Assembly: GCA_035644395.1 (NCBI GenBank)
Contig: DASQOR010000088.1
Location: 17,606 to 81,605, forward strand
Source: Steroidobacteraceae bacterium
GTDB lineage: Bacteria; Pseudomonadota; Gammaproteobacteria; Steroidobacterales; Steroidobacteraceae
DNA: 64,000 nucleotides
Reading direction: 5' to 3'
In this document: positions 58,418 through 64,000 of the stretch, piece by piece
Numbering within the stretch: position 1 is the first letter of the stretch
Layout of the letters: every line of letters begins with the position of its first letter
Translations under genes and position numbers: made by a program
Notes under the pieces: generated by a model
Seen by the model: only the letters and a program-made list of their open reading frames with translations
The model's database searches: none
What the model was told of the DNA's origin: nothing

Positions 58418-59716
58418 CTACGCCCGAGGCTCGCCTCGCATGCGCAGTTGCCGCTTGCCGAGAACGAGACCCAGCACGCCGGCGATGACGAGACCGGAGG
58501 CGAGCGTGATCAGGCCCGGCGTGTAACTCCCCGTGCGGTCCTTGAAGTAGCCGACGAGGAACGGCCCGAGGAAGCCCGCGAGATTGCCGAAGGAGTTGAT
58601 GAGCGCGATGCCTCCGGCCGCCGCGGTGCCTGTCAGCACCGCCGTCGGCAAGGTCCAGAAAACCGCGGTGAGCCCGTAGATCCCCATGGCGCCCACCGTG
58701 AGTGAGACGATCGACACCCAGAATTGGCCGGTGAGACTCCCATACACGAAGCCGGCGGCGCCGATGAACCCGGGCAACGCGACGTGCCAGGCGCGTTCGC
58801 CGGTGCGATCCGAATGCCGTCCCCAGAAATACATGGTGACGGCGCTCGCGGCGAAAGGAATGACGATGTACCAGCCGACCTCGCGATTGCTCAGGTTGCC
58901 GAGTGACTTGATGATCTTGGGCGCCCAGAACCCGAAGCCGTAGCTGCCGAGCACCATCGAGAAATACAACGCCGTGTAGCCCCAGACCTCAAGGCTCAGG
59001 AGGCCCGCACGGAGCGAAGAGTGACGGCTCGTCCGGCCGTCGCGATCGATGGCTGCCGTGAGCGTCGCGCGCTCCCCGTCCGTGAGCCAGTTCGCGTCGC
59101 GCGGCGTATCGCGCAATACCTTGAGCACGATGAACCCAAGCAGCAATGCCGGCACGGCTTCGATCACGAACATCGACTGCCAGCCCTTCAAGCCGAAGAG
59201 CGGCAGGTCGAGGAGCGTCGTCGAAACCGGGCCGCCCACGATATTCGCGAGCGGGATCGCGATGAAGAAGTAGGCCATGACCGAGCCGCGCACGCCGTTC
59301 GGAAACCAGTAGGTCAGGTAGAGAACGATGCCCGGGAAGAAACCCGCCTCCATCACGCCGAGCAGGAAGCGCAGCACATGGAAGCTCACCGGCCCCCTGG
59401 CAAGGATCATCGCCATCGACACGATGCCCCAGCTCACCATGATGCGTGCAATCCAGCGGCGCGCGCCGAAGCGCTGCAAGGCGAGGTTGCTCGGCACCTC
59501 GAACAGAAAATAGCCGATGAAGAAAATACCGGAGCCGATGCCGAAGGCGGTATTCGTGAGGCCGATGTCCTTGTTCATCGTGAGCGCCGCGAAGCTCACG
59601 TTCACCCGGTCGAGGTAGGCGACGAAGTACAGGAGGATGAGGAACGGCATCAGCCGCACGGCGACCTTGCGGACGACGGCGCGCTCCTCGGGCGAGGCGA
59701 CGGGCGGTCCCGTCAT
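58418..59716 (-). CDS. MFS transporter, anion:cation symporter (ACS) family (hexuronate/organic acid type)
   Basis: 432 aa. LLYFVAYLDRVNVSFAAL is typical of the ACS family. Translationally coupled to the LacI gene. Confidence 0.8.
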   Translation of the reverse strand: MTGPPVASPEERAVVRKVAVRLMPFLILLYFVAYLDRVNVSFAALTMNKDIGLTNTAFGIGSGIFFIGYFLFEVPSNLALQRFGARRWIARIMVSWGIVSMAMILARGPVSFHVLRFLLGVMEAGFFPGIVLYLTYWFPNGVRGSVMAYFFIAIPLANIVGGPVSTTLLDLPLFGLKGWQSMFVIEAVPALLLGFIVLKVLRDTPRDANWLTDGERATLTAAIDRDGRTSRHSSLRAGLLSLEVWGYTALYFSMVLGSYGFGFWAPKIIKSLGNLSNREVGWYIVIPFAASAVTMYFWGRHSDRTGERAWHVALPGFIGAAGFVYGSLTGQFWVSIVSLTVGAMGIYGLTAVFWTLPTAVLTGTAAAGGIALINSFGNLAGFLGPFLVGYFKDRTGSYTPGLITLASGLVIAGVLGLVLGKRQLRMRGEPRA

Positions 59717-60792
59717 GCCCTGCGCGGCCGTGCGTCGGAATCGCGATTCACGAGCACATGCGCGAACAGGTGATCCGTGGTGTCGGCGACGTCCGCATGC
59801 TTGCGGCGCCGGATCTTGCGCATGAGGACGTCGAGCGCCGCCTCGCCCATCGCGGCGATCGGCTGACGGATCGTCGTGAGCTCCGGCCAGACGGTCGTTG
59901 CGGTGACGGTGTCATCGAAACCGACGACGGAAAGATCCCGCGGCACGTCGAGCCCGCGGCGGTGCGCGACGGATATGACCGCCGCGGCCATGTCGTCATT
60001 GCTTGCGAAGATCGCGGTCGGCGGGCGCTTGCGCACGAGCAACCGCTCCGCCGCATCGAGGCCCGAGCGGTAGGTGAAGTAGCCTTGCTGGATATAGGCA
60101 GGATTCGGCGTCAATCCCGATTCCTCCATCGTCGCCTGGAAACCGGCCAGGCGCTGCGCGCTCGCGGTCTGGTTGGGATGCCCCTTGATGAAGCCGATGC
60201 GCGAGTGGCCGAGCGCGATCAGGTGTGCCGTCATCTCGCTCGCCGCACGGAAGTCGTCGATGCGCACGCAGCAGACGTTCGCCCTGAACCGGCCAGTCGC
60301 GACGGCGACGACCGGCACGCCGGCCGCGGCCAGTTCCGAAGTGATCGCGATGGACTCGCAGAGCGGCGGCGGCAGGATGACACCGGCGACGCTTTGCGCG
60401 AGCTTGCGCGCGGCGGATCGTTCGGCTGCCGGCCGGAGGTTGTCCCATTTCTCGAGCACGAGTTCGACCGCCATGCGGCTCGCTTTCTCGAGCGTGCCGA
60501 CGAGGAGCGCGCTCAGGTACGACTCGGACGGGTTTGAATAGATCAGAGCGATGCGGGTGCCCTGGGCGCCGGCGAGGGAACGAGCGGCGGGATTCGGCGA
60601 ATAGTTGAGTTCGCGGATGGCGCGCAGCACGCGGTCCCGCGTCGAGTCGCGGACGCTGTCCTCGGCGTTTGTCACGCGTGATACAGTCATCGACGACACG
60701 CCCGCCTTGCGGGCGACGTCGTGGATCGTCACTGCCTTGCCCCGTCTGCGCGGCGCTTTTCCAACGTTCACGCTCGCCCCCTTTTCCGTCAA
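59713..60792 (-). CDS. LacI family transcriptional regulator
   Basis: 359 aa from TTG 60792; the true start may be the downstream GTG at about 60771. HTH VTIHDVARKAGVSSMTVSRV and a periplasmic-binding-protein-like effector domain. Confidence 0.85.
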   Translation of the reverse strand: MTEKGASVNVGKAPRRRGKAVTIHDVARKAGVSSMTVSRVTNAEDSVRDSTRDRVLRAIRELNYSPNPAARSLAGAQGTRIALIYSNPSESYLSALLVGTLEKASRMAVELVLEKWDNLRPAAERSAARKLAQSVAGVILPPPLCESIAITSELAAAGVPVVAVATGRFRANVCCVRIDDFRAASEMTAHLIALGHSRIGFIKGHPNQTASAQRLAGFQATMEESGLTPNPAYIQQGYFTYRSGLDAAERLLVRKRPPTAIFASNDDMAAAVISVAHRRGLDVPRDLSVVGFDDTVTATTVWPELTTIRQPIAAMGEAALDVLMRKIRRRKHADVADTTDHLFAHVLVNRDSDARPRRA

Positions 60793-60913
60793 GGAATCCC
60801 GTGGATGGCGCCTGGCATTCTAGTTGTTTTAATCCCCGGCGCTGGCGCTGCGCATACGTTAGCGTTAACAATAACGCCAATCCAACGTCGAAACAGCGAG
60901 GCCCATCGACATC

Positions 60914-63106
60914 ATGCAGCCCCTCGGCCGAGTCATGTTACTGGCCCTCGCCGGGATGGCCGGTCTTGCCGCCATGCCCGTCCGGGCCGAGGACGGCTAC
61001 GACCTGTGGCTCCGTTACCGGCCGGTCGAGTCGAACGCGGCCGATGGCTATCGGCGTGCAGCGACGCAGATTGTTTCTGGCATGCCCTCCCCGACCCTCG
61101 CGGCCGCGGATCGGGAACTGCACCGCGGCCTCGGCGGCCTGCTCGGCACGGACCCTGCTGGCAGCGGCGCAGTGACCCGGGACGGCGCGATCGTCATCGG
61201 CACGCCGAAATCCTCGCGAGCCATCGCGGCGCTCGGGCTCGACCTGAATTCCGCCGGCCGCGAAGGCTATGTCATTCGCAGCACCACGATCGCCGGCCAT
61301 CGCGCGATCGTCATCGCGGCGAACGAGGACATCGGCGTGCTGTACGGCAGCTTTCACCTGCTGCGGCTCATCCAGACCCGGCAGCCGGTGGAAAAGCTCG
61401 ACGTCGCCGCGGCGCCGCGCCTCGAGCGCCGCATCCTCGATCACTGGGACAATCTCGATCGGACCATCGAGCGTGGCTACGCGGGCGCATCGATCTGGGA
61501 CTGGCACAAGCTCCCGGACTACCTCGATCCGCGCTACACCGACTACGCCCGCGCCTGCGCTTCGATCGGCATCAACGGCACGGTCGTGACGAATGTCGCC
61601 GCCAATGCGACGAGCCTGACGGCGCCCTACATCGAGAAGGCCGCGGCGCTCGCCGACGTCTTGCGGCCCTATGGCCTGCGCATTTACCTGACGGCGCGCT
61701 TCAGTGCGCCCATGGAAATTGGCGGCCTCAAGACGGCCGACCCGCTCGACCCGGGAGTAAAGTCCTGGTGGCGGGCGAAAGCCGATGAAATCTACCGGCG
61801 CATTCCGGATTTCGGCGGCTTTCTCGTCAAGGCCAACTCCGAGGGCCAGCCCGGTCCGCAGGACTATCACCGATCGCATGCAGACGGCGCGAACCTGCTG
61901 GCGGATGCGCTTGCGCCGCATGGCGGCTTCGTCATGTGGCGTGCGTTCATTTATTCGGACGAGCAGCCGGACGATCGTGCCAAGCAGGCGTTCAATGAGT
62001 TCGCGCCGCTCGACGGCAAGTTCCGCGACAACGTCCTGGTGCAAGTGAAGAACGGCGCGATCGATTTCCAGCCGCGCGAACCCTTCCATCCGCTCTTCGG
62101 CGCCATGCCGAAGACGCCGCTCATGCTCGAAGTGCAGCTCACGAAGGAATATCTCGGCTTTGCGACCCACCTTGCCTATCTCGGACCGCTGTACGAGGAG
62201 ACGCTGCGGTCGGACACCTACGTCAAGGGCAAGGGCTCGACGGTGGCGAGAGTGATCGACGGTTCGCTGCACGGCTACCGGCACACGGGCATGGCGGGCG
62301 TTTCAAACATCGGCATCGACCGCAACTGGACGGGCTCCGAGTTCGACCAGGCGAACTGGTACGTCTTCGGGCGCCTCGCCTGGGATCCGGACGGTACCTC
62401 CGCGTCGATCGCGGAGGAATGGGTGCGCATGACGTTTACGAATGACCCGGTCTTCGTGCGGCCGGTCGTCGGGATGATGATGCAGTCGCGCGAGACCGTC
62501 GTCGACTACATGACGCCGCTCGGCCTGCATCACCAGATGGCGAAGGGCCATCACTACGGACCCGCGCCCTGGGACAAGAGCAGTTCGCGTGCGGACTGGA
62601 CGCCGGTCTACTACAACCGCGCGGACGGTCAGGGCCTCGGATTCGACCGCTCGGCGAGCGGATCGAACGCCGCCGCGCAATACGCGCCACGAGTGGCGGC
62701 GCTTTTCGGCGACCGCCGCAAGTGCCCCGAAAATCTGTTGCTCTGGTTTCACCATGTTGCCTGGGACGACCGCATGGCATCCGGACGGACGCTCTGGGAT
62801 GAGCTCGTCGTGCACTACACGCGCGGCGTCGACGGCGTCCGCAGCATGCGCAAGACCTGGTCAGGTCTCGCGGCATTCGTCGATGCCGAACGCTATGCCG
62901 AGGTCAGCGGCTTTCTTGCAATCCAGGAAAAGGAAGCGCTGTGGTGGCGCGATGCCAGCATCGCCTACTTCCAGACGTTCGCGCATCGGCCGTTACCTGC
63001 CGGATTCGCGCCGCCCGAACATTCGCTCGACTACTACGAAGCCCTGACATTTCCCTACGCTCCCGGCAATCCCGGCCACACGGCGGCGCCGTTTCGCGAT
63101 GAGTAG
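60914..63106 (+). CDS. aguA: Alpha-glucuronidase, glycoside hydrolase family 67, secreted
   Basis: 730 aa with a signal peptide. EDGYDLWLRY and FLVKANSEGQPGP are GH67 hallmarks. Confidence 0.9.
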   Translation: MQPLGRVMLLALAGMAGLAAMPVRAEDGYDLWLRYRPVESNAADGYRRAATQIVSGMPSPTLAAADRELHRGLGGLLGTDPAGSGAVTRDGAIVIGTPKSSRAIAALGLDLNSAGREGYVIRSTTIAGHRAIVIAANEDIGVLYGSFHLLRLIQTRQPVEKLDVAAAPRLERRILDHWDNLDRTIERGYAGASIWDWHKLPDYLDPRYTDYARACASIGINGTVVTNVAANATSLTAPYIEKAAALADVLRPYGLRIYLTARFSAPMEIGGLKTADPLDPGVKSWWRAKADEIYRRIPDFGGFLVKANSEGQPGPQDYHRSHADGANLLADALAPHGGFVMWRAFIYSDEQPDDRAKQAFNEFAPLDGKFRDNVLVQVKNGAIDFQPREPFHPLFGAMPKTPLMLEVQLTKEYLGFATHLAYLGPLYEETLRSDTYVKGKGSTVARVIDGSLHGYRHTGMAGVSNIGIDRNWTGSEFDQANWYVFGRLAWDPDGTSASIAEEWVRMTFTNDPVFVRPVVGMMMQSRETVVDYMTPLGLHHQMAKGHHYGPAPWDKSSSRADWTPVYYNRADGQGLGFDRSASGSNAAAQYAPRVAALFGDRRKCPENLLLWFHHVAWDDRMASGRTLWDELVVHYTRGVDGVRSMRKTWSGLAAFVDAERYAEVSGFLAIQEKEALWWRDASIAYFQTFAHRPLPAGFAPPEHSLDYYEALTFPYAPGNPGHTAAPFRDE

Positions 63107-64000
63107 GCCGCTCGCTGCAGCCCTGCTGCTGCTCGCCGCACCGTTCGCGACGGCCGCGGAGCGTCCGCTGATGCATCCGCTCTTCAGCGATCACGCCGTG
63201 CTTCAGCGTGGCGAGCCAATACGCGTCTGGGGCTGGAGCACACCTGGCAGCAGCGTGACGGTCACGTTCCGCTCGACGATGGCGACGGGGTCCATCGCCG
63301 CCAAGAGCGCCGTCGCGCCAGTCGATCCGCAGGGCCGCTGGCTCGCGACGCTGCCGCCGGCCGATGGCAGCGGCCCCTTCGAATTGTCAGCCCGCGCAGC
63401 GGACGGAACGACGCAGGTCGCACACGACGTGCTGAGCGGCGAGGTCTGGCTCTGCTCGGGCCAGTCGAACATGGTGCTGCAGGTGCATCGCACGCTCGAT
63501 TCGCGCGCCGAAATCGCGGGCTCCGACAACCTCATGATCCGCATGCTCACGGTACCGCTCACGAACAGCCTCGCGCCGCTCGAGACGTTTGCGGAACCCG
63601 TAGCCTGGCAGGTATCGGGACCGGCCACGACGCCCGATTTCTCGGCCACCTGCTACTACTTTGCGCGCGAGCTGCGCAAGGTCGTCGGCGCGCCGATGGG
63701 CCTCATCAATTCGTCGTGGGGCGGCACGAACATCCAGACCTGGATGAGCCGCGAGAAGCTGAAATCGATCGGCGGCCATGACGAAGCGCTCGACGTGCTC
63801 GATCTCTACGCGCGCGACCCGCTTGCGGCGAACCAGCGCTGGGGCGCGTGGTGGGAGTCGTGGTGGCGCAGCCGCACATCCGTGAAACGCGGCAAGGAAC
63901 CCTGGAGCGCGGCCGGCATCGACGCTCCCGCCTGGCGAGTTGCGCCGCGCAGTCTTGGCGTCTGGGAAGAATGGGGCATCCCCGAGCTCAAGGACTTCAA
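63099..64000 (+). CDS. SASA-domain 9-O-acetylesterase-like carbohydrate esterase (partial, runs off right edge)
   Basis: Not in the ORF track. My translation from ATG 63099 (overlaps the aguA end by 8 nt) gives MSRPLAAALLLLAAPFATA signal, then HAVLQRGEPIRVWGW...GEVWLCSGQSNM...LINSSWGGTNIQTWM. The frame stays open to position 64000. Confidence 0.8.
   Translation, partial: MSRPLAAALLLLAAPFATAAERPLMHPLFSDHAVLQRGEPIRVWGWSTPGSSVTVTFRSTMATGSIAAKSAVAPVDPQGRWLATLPPADGSGPFELSARAADGTTQVAHDVLSGEVWLCSGQSNMVLQVHRTLDSRAEIAGSDNLMIRMLTVPLTNSLAPLETFAEPVAWQVSGPATTPDFSATCYYFARELRKVVGAPMGLINSSWGGTNIQTWMSREKLKSIGGHDEALDVLDLYARDPLAANQRWGAWWESWWRSRTSVKRGKEPWSAAGIDAPAWRVAPRSLGVWEEWGIPELKDF

Overview
High-GC (about two-thirds G+C by eye) proteobacterial chromosomal segment. 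It is densely coding, and I support about 57 CDS, one tRNA and one riboswitch. I saw no rRNA, CRISPR array, transposase, phage or defence genes; the only recombinase is the core XerD.

Content from left to right:
- iscS(partial)/trmJ/suhB, then an APC permease, terC-like, and secF-secD-yajC-tgt-queA. This order is typical of Gammaproteobacteria.
- An ECF sigma / anti-sigma / double-PDZ operon, tRNA-Leu(CAA), a Nudix hydrolase, fdxA, dsbC, xerD and a PlsC-type acyltransferase.
- A block rich in acyl-CoA and branched-chain amino acid catabolism: icmF, thiolase, enoyl-CoA hydratase, an HADH2-type SDR, class I fumarase, ETF-QO, hppD and 2-oxoacid dehydrogenase E1ab-E2. This is followed directly by the giant NAD-glutamate dehydrogenase, a GT2 and gpmA.
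- A TPP-riboswitch-controlled thiamine salvage operon: TonB receptor, YkoF-like binder, PnuC-family transporter and ThiK-like kinase.
- Assorted housekeeping and transport genes: PhzF, a TolB-like propeller, MFS transporters, a PON-like lactonase, ModF-like ATPase plus MBL hydrolase, a JmjC cupin, Kef, Bcr, CrcB, a YfcG-like GST and PPK2.
- A glucuronoxylan-type locus: LacI regulator, MFS, GH67 alpha-glucuronidase and a partial SASA-type acetylesterase.

I did not find a convincing protein-encoded novel system. The best candidate for something undescribed is a family of sequence-conserved, AT-rich long-hairpin elements. They share a GGGGACA...TGTCCCC stem base flanked by A and T tracts. They exactly fill convergent gene junctions, and one copy lies inside a divergent promoter region.

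The ORF track takes the longest ATG/GTG/TTG ORF, so many starts were trimmed. The numerous long Arg/Asp/His-rich ORFs antisense to real genes are shadow ORFs.
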